From Candidatus Nomurabacteria bacterium (lineage in GTDB: Bacteria > Patescibacteriota > Minisyncoccia > Phycocordibacterales > UBA9973): a stretch of DNA of 64,000 nucleotides. The notes beneath the pieces are model-generated. The model was not told the DNA's origin and ran no database searches. It saw only the letters and a list, made by a program, of their open reading frames with translations. Each line of letters begins with the position of its first letter. The stretch's first letter is position 1. Shown here piece by piece: positions 19,728 to 28,851 of the stretch. The stretch covers positions 686 through 64,685 of the forward strand of contig JAPLXS010000004.1 of NCBI GenBank assembly GCA_026395965.1, written 5' to 3'. The position numbers were made by a program, and so were the translations under genes.

Positions 19728-20339
19728 ATGGAGCAAACAGTAATACAAACAACTTTAAATAAACCTCTTTTTGATCCAAATTATTTAAATATTGAATATG
19801 TATTTAGTAAAATAATCGAATATACAAAATCTCTGACAGATCTTTTGTCTGACCCAAATACATGGAGTACTCTAGGTGTGATTTCGGCTGTGTTGTCTAT
19901 TATTATAATAGCGATTATTATATTTTCGCTTATTAGATTGATAGAAATTCAGATTTATGACAAAGAAGAAATAGATCACGAAATACATTCCGCCGCTTTG
20001 AGAGAAAAAGAAAGAAATAGAAATGCAAATCCTAGATGGCATTATATTCAAACTCTTTCTGAGAGTCCAAATGAATCTGACTGGAGAGTTTCTATTATAG
20101 AGGCAGATTCTATGATGGAAGAAGTTCTAAAAGCCAATGGTCTTTCTGGTTCAACAGCTAGTGAACTCTTAGAAGGAGCCAAAGAAAGTGGGTATAGAAG
20201 TATTCAGGATGCATGGAGTGCACATCTCATAAGAAACAAAATAGCACACGAAGGTTCAGACTACCCACTCAGTCAGGTAGAGGGAAGACGAGTTATAAAG
20301 ATGTATCAAAACTTTTTTGAAGAACTCAGGGTTATATAA
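19728..20339 (+). CDS. Membrane-anchored hypothetical protein with HEPN-like RNKIAH motif
   Basis: One TM helix; C-terminal AW.AH..RNKIAHE. Confidence 0.6.
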   Translation: MEQTVIQTTLNKPLFDPNYLNIEYVFSKIIEYTKSLTDLLSDPNTWSTLGVISAVLSIIIIAIIIFSLIRLIEIQIYDKEEIDHEIHSAALREKERNRNANPRWHYIQTLSESPNESDWRVSIIEADSMMEEVLKANGLSGSTASELLEGAKESGYRSIQDAWSAHLIRNKIAHEGSDYPLSQVEGRRVIKMYQNFFEELRVI

Positions 20340-20413
20340 GCAAACAATATTGCGCTATTTTCATATTTATGTTATAATACGACAAAAATATTGAACCTAT
20401 AAAAACAAAAAAT

Positions 20414-21052
20414 ATGGATGCATCAGTGCACATGCAAATTGGCGAGGTTTTAAAAATTCTTACCAATGGAGTCAATTTGGATTTTCTAAATGGTGAAGCT
20501 TTAAAGCTCATAAGAAACAACCCCGAAGAGGCAAGTAAAAATTTCACAGAGTTTCTTAAAAATGGAGCAAATATTGTGAAGGCAGAATCAAGATTAATTC
20601 AGATCAACAGGTCTTTGTTGTTTAATCCTAAAACTCTTTTTAATAGAAAGGTATGGTCTTCTAGGGAAGATGAAGTAAGGACAGTTGCTCTTACTAAAAT
20701 TGATCTAAATGAAATAGTTTTAGTTTCAACTTTGAAAAAAGGAGAGACTAGAATTAGTCACGAAGAAGATTTAAAACGTCTAAAAAGAAAAAATAATCTT
20801 ATCCGTTTGGATGCTGGTATTTTAATGACGCTTTTGGAAAACCAAAACCTTATTCCTGAAAAATGGAAAGAAGAAACAAATGGGGAGATAACATTTATCT
20901 TATTTAATGGAACTTTTTTACGTAAATGTAAAAATAATTTTATTCTATATTTGTATTGGTCTTCTTTTGATAAAAAATGGAATTGGGGTTACAATGCTTT
21001 TTATTCTGATTGCTGTCATAATACCTTATCTGCTGTACTTGAAGTAAAATAA
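20414..21052 (+). CDS. Hypothetical protein
   Basis: 212-aa ORF with a terminator hairpin at 21058-21091. Confidence 0.6.
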   Translation: MDASVHMQIGEVLKILTNGVNLDFLNGEALKLIRNNPEEASKNFTEFLKNGANIVKAESRLIQINRSLLFNPKTLFNRKVWSSREDEVRTVALTKIDLNEIVLVSTLKKGETRISHEEDLKRLKRKNNLIRLDAGILMTLLENQNLIPEKWKEETNGEITFILFNGTFLRKCKNNFILYLYWSSFDKKWNWGYNAFYSDCCHNTLSAVLEVK

Positions 21053-21116
21053 AAATTAAAAAAGCGTAACAAAATGTTACGCTTTTTTTAATTTACGGAC
21101 CATGGTTACATTTCTT

Positions 21117-21330
21117 GCCCAGACAAAACTTTTTCCGACAAAAATTTTTGTCTGGGCACCGCCTTATTCAGAAGGTCGACCGGAATCTTTCTGATTACAT
21201 CAGCAGGTACTTTTCAATTCGCAAAGCGAATAATGAAAAGTCTTTCAAGTCCGGCCGTGAGCAAAGCAGTTTGCTCACTCGACCGCGCAAATAAATAAAA
21301 GCCGCCTTTGCAGGCGGCTTTTATTTATTT
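21117..21330. repeat. Hairpin-rich composite element containing an inverted, interrupted copy of the tRNA-Asp 3' end
   Basis: Several hairpins; TTCAAGTCCGG-[hairpin]-TCGACCGCGCA; terminator hairpin at 21291-21330. Confidence 0.75.
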
Positions 21331-21331
21331 G

Positions 21332-21405
21332 CGCGGTCGACCGGACTTGAACCGGCAACCTCTCACGTGACAGGCGAGTGCTCTAACCAGTTGAGCTACG
21401 ACCGC
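21332..21405 (-). tRNA. tRNA-Asp (GTC)
   Basis: Cloverleaf GCGGTCG...CT GTC AC...TTCAAGT...CGACCGC G. Confidence 0.95.
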
Positions 21406-21560
21406 AAATTTTATTACTAACACTATTTATTTAAAACATTTTATTGCTGCCATGGCGAGTGCTCACTATATTCCAGCTGAGTTGAGCTACGACTGCATAT
21501 TTTTAACTATCAAATACTTTACTAAGATAACATAAAGTAGAAATTTATTCCACTTTAATG

Positions 21561-21634
21561 TGTCGGTGGGGGGACTTGAACCTCCTACCTCGGGCTTATG
21601 AGTCCCGCGCTCTAACCAGATGAGCTACACCGAC
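21561..21634 (-). tRNA. tRNA with CAT anticodon (probably elongator Met; Ile2 not excluded)
   Basis: GTCGGTG...CT CAT AA...TTCAAGT...CACCGAC A. Confidence 0.9.
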
Positions 21635-21713
21635 ATTTATTACTTGTCCAACCAAAACAGCTACACCGACATTTATTACTTGTCCAACCAAAACATTTAC
21701 ACCGACATTTATT
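21624..21713. repeat. 36-bp tandem repeat (2 copies plus a partial) covering the tRNA-CAT 5' end and leader
   Basis: GCTACACCGACATTTATTACTTGTCCAACCAAAACA x2, then TACACCGACATTTATT. Confidence 0.9.
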
Positions 21714-21755
21714 CGGGTTTATAGACATAGTTTTGGTATGTCACTTACCGAATTG

Positions 21756-21826
21756 TTGCGGGAGGTCGAATCGAACGACCGTCTTAAGGTTATGAGCCTT
21801 ACGAGATACCATTTCTCTATCCCGCG
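21756..21826 (-). tRNA. Initiator tRNA-fMet (CAT)
   Basis: CGCGGGA with C1:A72 mismatch and CAT anticodon. Confidence 0.9.
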
Positions 21827-22004
21827 ATATATATTACTTTCTTAAAACTTACATGATTCTCATTACCACAATGGTCACAAGAGCCAATATTCCTTGCTAG
21901 ACAACACTTTTTATCTTTCCAGCTATATTATAAACATTATTAATATAATTTGTTTATAATAACCCGAAATTAGAAATTTTGCAACCTTTCATTTTGTTCG
22001 TATC

Positions 22005-22036
22005 TTCATCTTGTATTCATAATATAAGTTTATTAT
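22005..22036 (+). promoter_or_regulatory. Putative OmpR-family box plus -10 element
   Basis: TTCAT-CTTGTA-TTCAT-N10-TATTAT; same geometry at 54077-54108 and 55782-55813. Confidence 0.55.
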
Positions 22037-22094
22037 TTAAATACACTAAAGGTCATAGTGTATTTAAAATTTATTAATAGTTATTTATTAAAAT

Positions 22095-22547
22095 ATGAAA
22101 TATAAAAAACAAATTACAGTAGGAGCATTGGCACTATCACTATTGGTTTCCGGTTCAAGTGTTTTTGCTGCAACACCACAAGATTTGGGTATTAAAGTTG
22201 CACAACCAACTCAACAAAAACATGAAAAAGAAATTAAAAGTAAAAAAGATAATACAATAGTTGGTGTAGTATCAAATGTAAGTAGTACTGGTTTTACAGT
22301 AGACGTAAAAAATAAAAAAACAAAAACTCCAAAATCTTTTGAAGTTAAAACAGATACAACAACTGTTTACAAGAAAAATGGAGTTATTTCAAGTGTTTCC
22401 GATGTAGCTGCAGGTCAAAAAGTAACAATCACAGGTGCTCTAGATAAAACAACAAGCACTATCTCTGCAAAACAAGTAAAAATTTTTGTAGCGGGCGTAA
22501 AAAAAGTTGAAACAAAAAAAGATCTTAAGTCACTAAAAAGTAATTAA
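22095..22547 (+). CDS. Secreted OB-fold-like protein (DUF5666-like)
   Basis: Signal peptide ending VFA; G.V..VS..GFTV...V.T...T.Y...DV..GQ.V.I.G...I.A..V pattern. Confidence 0.6.
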   Translation: MKYKKQITVGALALSLLVSGSSVFAATPQDLGIKVAQPTQQKHEKEIKSKKDNTIVGVVSNVSSTGFTVDVKNKKTKTPKSFEVKTDTTTVYKKNGVISSVSDVAAGQKVTITGALDKTTSTISAKQVKIFVAGVKKVETKKDLKSLKSN

Positions 22548-22635
22548 ATAAATTATTTTTAACAAAAACCCAAGTTAAGTCTTGGGTTTTTGTTTTATTG
22601 AAAATATGTATTCATTATAGTAAGATTGTCTTTAT

Positions 22636-22707
22636 GCCGTCGTAGCTTAGTGGTAAAGCACTGTCTTGGTAAGACAGAGACCGTGAGTCCGATTCTCACC
22701 GACGGCT
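22636..22707 (+). tRNA. tRNA-Thr (GGT)
   Basis: GCCGTCG...TT GGT AA...CGACGGC T. Confidence 0.92.
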
Positions 22708-22756
22708 CCCGTTTTATTTTAGCCAAAGTAGCTTTTTGTTAAGCAAAAAAGTATTA

Positions 22757-22829
22757 GCCAAAGTAGCTTAGTCGGTAGAGCAGTGGTATCGTAAACCGCA
22801 GGTCGTGAGTTCGATTCTCACCTTTGGCT
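22757..22829 (+). tRNA. tRNA-Thr (CGT)
   Basis: GCCAAAG...AT CGT AA...TTCGATT...CTTTGGC T. Confidence 0.92.
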
Positions 22830-22878
22830 CAAAAAATATAATAATCTTTTTAATTAAATTTGTTATAATAAAAAAACA

Positions 22879-23763
22879 ATGGATAATAATGAAGAATTAA
22901 AGAAAGAACTAGAAACTCTTGAGAGTCAAATGTCTCAAGCAAATTTCTGGGAGAATAAAGTTTCTGCACAGGCTATTATTCGACGTATTGCCTTTTTGAA
23001 AGATGAAATACTTGGAAACCAGAAATACGACAAAGGTAATTGCATTCTGTCTGTACTCTCTGGTGCAGGGGGAGACGACGCAGAAGACTTTTCTGCAATG
23101 CTTGTTCGGATGTATACAAAATATTTTGAGAACAAAGGTTGGTATTGGAGTATTATTCATGAAAATAAAAATGATTTAGGAGGATATAGAAATATTTCTA
23201 TTGAAGTATCTGGAAAAGGTTCATATGGGTTATTGAAAAATGAATCTGGTGTGCATAGGCTAGTAAGAATGTCCCCATTTAATTCCAAAGGTCTTCGTCA
23301 TACTTCATTTTCCCTTGTGGAAGTTATCCCAGAACTTGAAAAAAATAATAATATAGTAGAAATACGACCAGATGACCTGAGGATTGAGTTTTCAAAATCA
23401 GGTGGACCAGGTGGGCAAAATGTAAACAAAAGAGAAACTGCTGTTCGCGTAGTTCACTTGCCAACCAATCTATCTGTGCATGTGACCTCTGAGCGTTCTC
23501 AGGAACAAAACAAAGAGAAAGCATTGGAAATGATAAAAGGTAAGTTATTTAAAAAAATGGAAGAAGACAAAGCTCGAGAAAAAGATGGTTTGTCTATTTC
23601 AAAGACAATAGAGATAGAGTGGGGTAGTCAAATACGCTCATATGTACTACATCCATACAAGATGGTAAAGGATCATCGGACCGGAGTAGAGATAAACAAT
23701 GTTGACTCTATACTTTTAGATGGTGAGATAGACAGATTTATTGAAGCGGAGTTAAATTTGTGA
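22879..23763 (+). CDS. prfB: Peptide chain release factor 2, compact form
   Basis: SPF and GGQ motifs, WGSQIRSYVLHPY. Confidence 0.93.
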   Translation: MDNNEELKKELETLESQMSQANFWENKVSAQAIIRRIAFLKDEILGNQKYDKGNCILSVLSGAGGDDAEDFSAMLVRMYTKYFENKGWYWSIIHENKNDLGGYRNISIEVSGKGSYGLLKNESGVHRLVRMSPFNSKGLRHTSFSLVEVIPELEKNNNIVEIRPDDLRIEFSKSGGPGGQNVNKRETAVRVVHLPTNLSVHVTSERSQEQNKEKALEMIKGKLFKKMEEDKAREKDGLSISKTIEIEWGSQIRSYVLHPYKMVKDHRTGVEINNVDSILLDGEIDRFIEAELNL

Positions 23764-23779
23764 TATTCTTAATAAGGCA

Positions 23780-24457
23780 ATGATCTATTTTAACAATGTA
23801 ACAAAAAAATATTTGGACTCTGTATCTTTAGAAGAAGTTACTGTCACAATCACACAAGGAGAATTTGTGGCGATAGTAGGGCACTCTGGTGCTGGTAAAA
23901 CTACTATGACCAAATTGATTCTAGCAGAAGAGTCACCCACAGACGGGACTGTTTTCTTTGAGTCTACAGATATTCACAAACTATCAAATAAAGACTTAAC
24001 CAATTTTCGACGCAAGGTAGGTGTAGTTTTTCAAGACTTCCGTTTACTTTCAAATAAGACAGTATATGAAAACATCGCATTTGCTATGGAAGCAATAGAA
24101 AAAGACGAAGAGGAGATAGCTCAAGACGTGCCACATGTTTTAGAGCTAGTAGATCTTACTTCTAAATCAACACATTTCCCTCATCAGTTATCTGGTGGCG
24201 AAAAACAAAGACTCGCTATTGCTCGCGCAATAATAACTCAACCCGATTTGATAATAGCCGATGAACCTACAGGCAATCTAGACCCTATCAATACAAATGA
24301 AGTTATGAATCTCTTAAAAAAGATAAACGACCTAGGTACTACAATCATTTTAACCACACACAACAAAACCGTATTAGACCAAATCAAAAAAAGAGTTATA
24401 ACCTTGGAAAATGGGCGTGTAGTTAGGGATGATAAGGACGGTAAGTATATGTTATAA
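23780..24457 (+). CDS. ftsE: Cell division ATP-binding protein FtsE
   Basis: GHSGAGKTT, VVFQDFRLL and ADEPTGNLD. Confidence 0.92.
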   Translation: MIYFNNVTKKYLDSVSLEEVTVTITQGEFVAIVGHSGAGKTTMTKLILAEESPTDGTVFFESTDIHKLSNKDLTNFRRKVGVVFQDFRLLSNKTVYENIAFAMEAIEKDEEEIAQDVPHVLELVDLTSKSTHFPHQLSGGEKQRLAIARAIITQPDLIIADEPTGNLDPINTNEVMNLLKKINDLGTTIILTTHNKTVLDQIKKRVITLENGRVVRDDKDGKYML

Positions 24458-24464
24458 TAATCAT

Positions 24465-25388
24465 ATGTTTTTAATTAAAACTAAAAGAATAATAGTTTCA
24501 GGTTATAGAAATTTTTCACGTAGCGGATTTACATCTTTTGCTAGTGTTCTTATCATGACAGTTACACTTTTTGTGATAACTTCTTTGATATTTATCCAAG
24601 CAGCATTGAATTCTTCTTTGAATGATATAAAAGAAAAAGTAGATGTAACAGTGTATTTTGTTTCTGATGCAAAAGAGTCTTCTATCCAAAATATTGAAGA
24701 TGCCTTAAAAAATCTTCCAGAAGTTCGAGATATAACATATACATCTCAAGACCAAGCACTAGTACAGTTTAAAGAGAGACATTCAAATGACTATCTAACA
24801 CTTCAAGCTCTAGACGAGCTCGACCAGAACCCACTAGGAGCATCTCTCAATATAAAAGCCAAAGACCCATCTCAGTATGAGAGTATTTCTAAATACTTCG
24901 AGACAGAAGATGCTCTTTCAAAAGGAGCTCTGACAATTATAGATAAAATAGACTACCATCAAAACAAAGTTGTTATAGATAGACTTACTTCTATTATAAA
25001 TGGTGCCAAAAAGCTTGGTTTCGCAGTATCTTTGATATTGGTTCTTATTTCTATTCTTATTACTTTCAGTACCATAAGACTTATCATTTATATGTCTCGT
25101 GAAGAAATAAACGTAATGAAGCTCGTAGGAGCAGGTGCAAAATACATACGTGGTCCATTTATAGTGTCAGGTATTCTTGTAGGTATTATAGCTTCTGTTG
25201 TCACTATGATTTTATTTGTACCAGTTACTATTTGGTTGGGTAATCAAATGACAGATTTTATTGGTATCAACTTATATACATATTACAAAACAAATTTCTT
25301 TCAATTATTTATTATCATGCTTGGATCAGGTGTAATTATTGGAAGTATTTCCAGTATTTTTGCTATTCATAGATATTTGAGAAAGTAA
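24465..25388 (+). CDS. ftsX: Cell division permease FtsX
   Basis: 4 TM helices, NPL motif, REEI.VMKLVGA; follows ftsE. Confidence 0.9.
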   Translation: MFLIKTKRIIVSGYRNFSRSGFTSFASVLIMTVTLFVITSLIFIQAALNSSLNDIKEKVDVTVYFVSDAKESSIQNIEDALKNLPEVRDITYTSQDQALVQFKERHSNDYLTLQALDELDQNPLGASLNIKAKDPSQYESISKYFETEDALSKGALTIIDKIDYHQNKVVIDRLTSIINGAKKLGFAVSLILVLISILITFSTIRLIIYMSREEINVMKLVGAGAKYIRGPFIVSGILVGIIASVVTMILFVPVTIWLGNQMTDFIGINLYTYYKTNFFQLFIIMLGSGVIIGSISSIFAIHRYLRK

Positions 25389-25395
25389 TCCATTT

Positions 25396-27081
25396 ATGCC
25401 GAAAAAAGAAGTTAAAATAACAAAAAAAATTGAGTCTAAATGTAAATATATTTTCGTCGTCGGAGGAGTAATCTCTGGTGTTGGAAAAGGTGTAGCTGCG
25501 TCATCTATAGGACGTATTCTCTCAGATAGAGACCTTCGTGTAACTTCAATAAAGATAGACCCCTATATAAATATAGATGCAGGAACTATGAACCCTACAG
25601 AGCACGGAGAAGTTTTTGTTCTTGATGATGGAGATGAGACAGACCAAGATATGGGAAACTATGAGCGTTTTCTAGATGTAGATTTGGAGCGTGCAAACTA
25701 CATGACAACAGGTAGAGTATACGAGAGTGTTATACGCAAAGAAAGAAATCTTGAATACAATGGTAAATGCGTAGAAGTAGTTCCACATATTCCACTTGAA
25801 GTTATTCGTCGTATAGAAGAAGCTCGTGATAAAGCAAATGCAGAAGTTGTAATCATCGAAGTGGGTGGCACAGTAGGAGAGTATCAAAATATGCTTTTCT
25901 TAGAAGCTGCTCGTATGATGAAGATCAAAAATGACAAAGGTGTATTTTTTGTTATGGTATCTTATCTACCAATACCTTCAAAGGTAGGTGAAATGAAAAC
26001 CAAACCAACACAGTATGCAGTACGAACACTAAACGCCTCAGGTATTCAACCAGATATTATTATTGCTCGTAGTCAGCTACCACTCGATGATCGTCGCAAG
26101 GAAAAGATATCTATGTTTTGTAATATTAACCAAGGTCATATTATATCAGCTCCAGATGTAGACAATATCTATGACATCCCACTCAATTTTGAAAAAGAAG
26201 GTTTGAGTAATATTATATGTGAAGCTATGGATATAAAGTGTATCTCAAATACAAATGAAGACGCCAAAAGATGGGCAAAATTTGTAAAATCAACTCACTC
26301 ATACAAAGATACATTAAATATAGCTATTGTTGGTAAATATTTTAATACAGGCGATTTTACTTTATCAGATTCTTATCTTTCTGTTATTGAAGCTGTAAAA
26401 TATTCTGCTTATACTTCCGGAGTAAAGCCAATCCTTACTTGGATTTCATCTATGGATTTTGAAAAGGATCCAAAGTCTATAAATAAACTATCAGGATACG
26501 ACGGTATAATAGTACCAGGCGGTTTTGGTGAACGCGGAGTAGAAGGAATCATAAAGGTTATAGAATATGCCAGAGAAAATAATATTCCTTACTTTGGTTT
26601 GTGTTATGGAATGCAACTTTTGGTTATAGAATATGCTCGAAATGTTTTGAAATTAAAAGATGCAAATACTAGAGAAGTAAATCCAAATGCAAAAAGTATC
26701 ATCATAGATATAATGGAAGACCAAAAAGAAAAAATAGAAAAGAAAAAATTGGGAGGAAGTATGCGCCTAGGTGCATATATAGCACATTTAAAAAAGGGAA
26801 GTGTGGCAATGAAAGCTTATAAAACAGATGTTATTTCAGAGCGTCATCGTCATCGTTATGAAGTCAACAATGCGTATAGAGAGGCATTAGAGAAGGCTGG
26901 GCTGGTTTTCTCTGGAGTATCTCCAGATGGAAAGCTATGTGAAATAGCTGAATTACCAGACACAAAACATCCATTTTTCTTAGGTACACAATTCCACCCA
27001 GAATTTAAAGCGAGACCCCTCTCTCCTCATCCACTATTTACTGCATTTATAAAATCTTGTATCAAAAATAAATCAAAATAA
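25396..27081 (+). CDS. pyrG: CTP synthase
   Basis: GGVISGVGKG, KTKPTQ, GLCYGMQ and QFHPEF. Confidence 0.96.
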   Translation: MPKKEVKITKKIESKCKYIFVVGGVISGVGKGVAASSIGRILSDRDLRVTSIKIDPYINIDAGTMNPTEHGEVFVLDDGDETDQDMGNYERFLDVDLERANYMTTGRVYESVIRKERNLEYNGKCVEVVPHIPLEVIRRIEEARDKANAEVVIIEVGGTVGEYQNMLFLEAARMMKIKNDKGVFFVMVSYLPIPSKVGEMKTKPTQYAVRTLNASGIQPDIIIARSQLPLDDRRKEKISMFCNINQGHIISAPDVDNIYDIPLNFEKEGLSNIICEAMDIKCISNTNEDAKRWAKFVKSTHSYKDTLNIAIVGKYFNTGDFTLSDSYLSVIEAVKYSAYTSGVKPILTWISSMDFEKDPKSINKLSGYDGIIVPGGFGERGVEGIIKVIEYARENNIPYFGLCYGMQLLVIEYARNVLKLKDANTREVNPNAKSIIIDIMEDQKEKIEKKKLGGSMRLGAYIAHLKKGSVAMKAYKTDVISERHRHRYEVNNAYREALEKAGLVFSGVSPDGKLCEIAELPDTKHPFFLGTQFHPEFKARPLSPHPLFTAFIKSCIKNKSK

Positions 27082-27085
27082 AAAA

Positions 27086-27128
27086 TAAAAATCCTCCCGA
27101 ACAATATATTCGGGAGGATTTTTATTTA
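27086..27128. terminator. Bidirectional terminator
   Basis: AAAAATCCTCCCGAA...TTCGGGAGGATTTTT between convergent genes. Confidence 0.8.
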
Positions 27129-27131
27129 TCG

Positions 27132-27860
27132 TTATTTTAACGAATCATTTCCACTTCTTATTTTACTATTTTTTACTATTTCCAATATAGCATCATCGTC
27201 ATCCATTATAGTATAGAGACTTCTGTCATTGTCACTTACTGTTTGGTATTTTTCAAGAAGAATTTCTTTTATAACCTTATCTAGTGGATTCCAAAATTCA
27301 GAACCATAAAGGATAATAGGAACACTTCCTATTTTTCCAGTTTGCATATTTGTTAATATTTCAAAAAGTTCATAGAATGTTCCAAATCCTCCAGGACAGA
27401 AAATACATACTTCTGTTGCATAAGACATAGAAACCTGACGAGCAAAGAAAAATTCAAAAGGTATTTCGTCTGTTACATATGGGTTTGTGTGTTGTTCGTG
27501 GGGTAAGCTGATAGTGAGACCAAGAGAGCGTCCTCCTGCATCGTGTGAGCCATGATTGGCTGCTTCCATAACCCCAGGTCCTCCACCTGTGATAACTGCA
27601 TAATTGAGCTCTTTAGATATCCGATATGCTAAATTTTTAACTACTTGATATACAGGATGGTCTTCCTTTATACGAGCAGATCCATAAAAAGTAACAGATG
27701 GTGTAGTATTTTTAATATTATCAATTCCATTTCTAAACTCTTCTTTTATCATACAGAGTTTCTGTTCTTCTTTGTTTTCTTCTCCCGCTAAAACAATACA
27801 TCCATTTCTAATGTCATCCAATGATAAATGCCCAGGTGTTTTTTTTATTTCGTCATTCAT
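27132..27860 (-). CDS. LOG family (TIGR00730-like) nucleotide phosphoribohydrolase
   Basis: YGSAR, TGGGPGVMEAAN and PGGFGT.YE. Confidence 0.88.
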   Translation of the reverse strand: MNDEIKKTPGHLSLDDIRNGCIVLAGEENKEEQKLCMIKEEFRNGIDNIKNTTPSVTFYGSARIKEDHPVYQVVKNLAYRISKELNYAVITGGGPGVMEAANHGSHDAGGRSLGLTISLPHEQHTNPYVTDEIPFEFFFARQVSMSYATEVCIFCPGGFGTFYELFEILTNMQTGKIGSVPIILYGSEFWNPLDKVIKEILLEKYQTVSDNDRSLYTIMDDDDAILEIVKNSKIRSGNDSLK

Positions 27861-27996
27861 GATTACAATTTTACTCCAATATTGTTCTATTTTCAATTGT
27901 TTTTTAACCATTTTATGGTACTATGTTGAAGTTATTGATATTTGCCAGATAGATTTAATTAAAAAGAAATTTATCTGTAATACATCAAATAAACAT

Positions 27997-28067
27997 TGCC
28001 AGATCGTCTAATGGTAGGACACCTCCCTCTGGAGGAGGTTATCTTGGTTCGAGTCCAGGTCTGGCAG
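27997..28067 (+). tRNA. tRNA-Gln (CTG)
   Basis: TGCCAGA...CT CTG GA...TTCGAGT...TCTGGCA G; 3' 15 nt tandemly duplicated. Confidence 0.93.
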
Positions 28068-28279
28068 CTCCAGGTCTGGCAGCCAACACGTGAGCACGAG
28101 TTTGTCAAGGGTATCGTACGGGATAACCTACGCACGAGACGCGTCGGGTCCCAAACACCCAGAAGTCTCACGTGAACTATTCAGTCAAAGCATACCTGCT
28201 GAGAGCAGTATTCAGAGAAGAAAAACCACTAATTAATTTTTAGTGGTTTTTCTTTATAATTTCGTTGATCCATTATTCT

Positions 28280-28849
28280 TCAATAGAAGTTAACCTTGTC
28301 TTTTTTAAGTTCATACCTAATTTCTAAATAGTTTGGTATTATTTTAGCAACTAAATTCCAAAATTTTCGTGAGTGGTTAAATTCTCCAAGATGGCATAGT
28401 TCGTGAACTATAATATAATCTGTCATACTCTCTGGGAGCAATACAATTTTGTAATTAAAGTTTAAATTACCTTTCTTTGAACAACTGCCCCAACGGGTCT
28501 TTTGATTTTTAATTGTTATTTTATTCCACTTATAACCATAAAATTGATTAAAATGTTTGATACGTTTTTCAGCAAGATTAAGTGCTTCATCTTTATACCT
28601 TAAATAATCTCTTTTATTTCCAGTTTTTGAGTAAGTTCCTTTAAAGTTTGAAAAATATTCTATTTTGTCTAAAACCCATTTAGATTTTTTTATTAGAAAT
28701 TTTTCAACGATTGTCTGAGGGATAGTTCTAGGAATAGTTACGACACAACTTCCATCACAATAAATTGCTACCCTCATTCTTTTTGCTCTTTTACTTACTT
28801 TTAGAGTGTAGTCTATGTTTTTTTGGTGAAGTTTAATAGACTTTTTCAT
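28280..28849 (-). CDS. YgjP/SprT-like (M48) zinc metalloprotein associated with type I R-M
   Basis: TRWGSCS, YIIVHELCHL and NHS..FW. Confidence 0.85.
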   Translation of the reverse strand: MKKSIKLHQKNIDYTLKVSKRAKRMRVAIYCDGSCVVTIPRTIPQTIVEKFLIKKSKWVLDKIEYFSNFKGTYSKTGNKRDYLRYKDEALNLAEKRIKHFNQFYGYKWNKITIKNQKTRWGSCSKKGNLNFNYKIVLLPESMTDYIIVHELCHLGEFNHSRKFWNLVAKIIPNYLEIRYELKKDKVNFY

Positions 28850-28851
28850 GG

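Noticed and set aside
21624-21713. 36-bp repeats as CRISPR
   Set aside because: Head-to-tail with no spacers, and derived from the tRNA 5' end
22830-22900. Programmed +1 frameshift of prfB
   Set aside because: No CTT-TGA site or upstream ORF; a tRNA and a promoter lie immediately upstream
27971-28171. 66-aa minus-strand ORF
   Set aside because: Antisense to tRNA-Gln and its duplicated end; spurious
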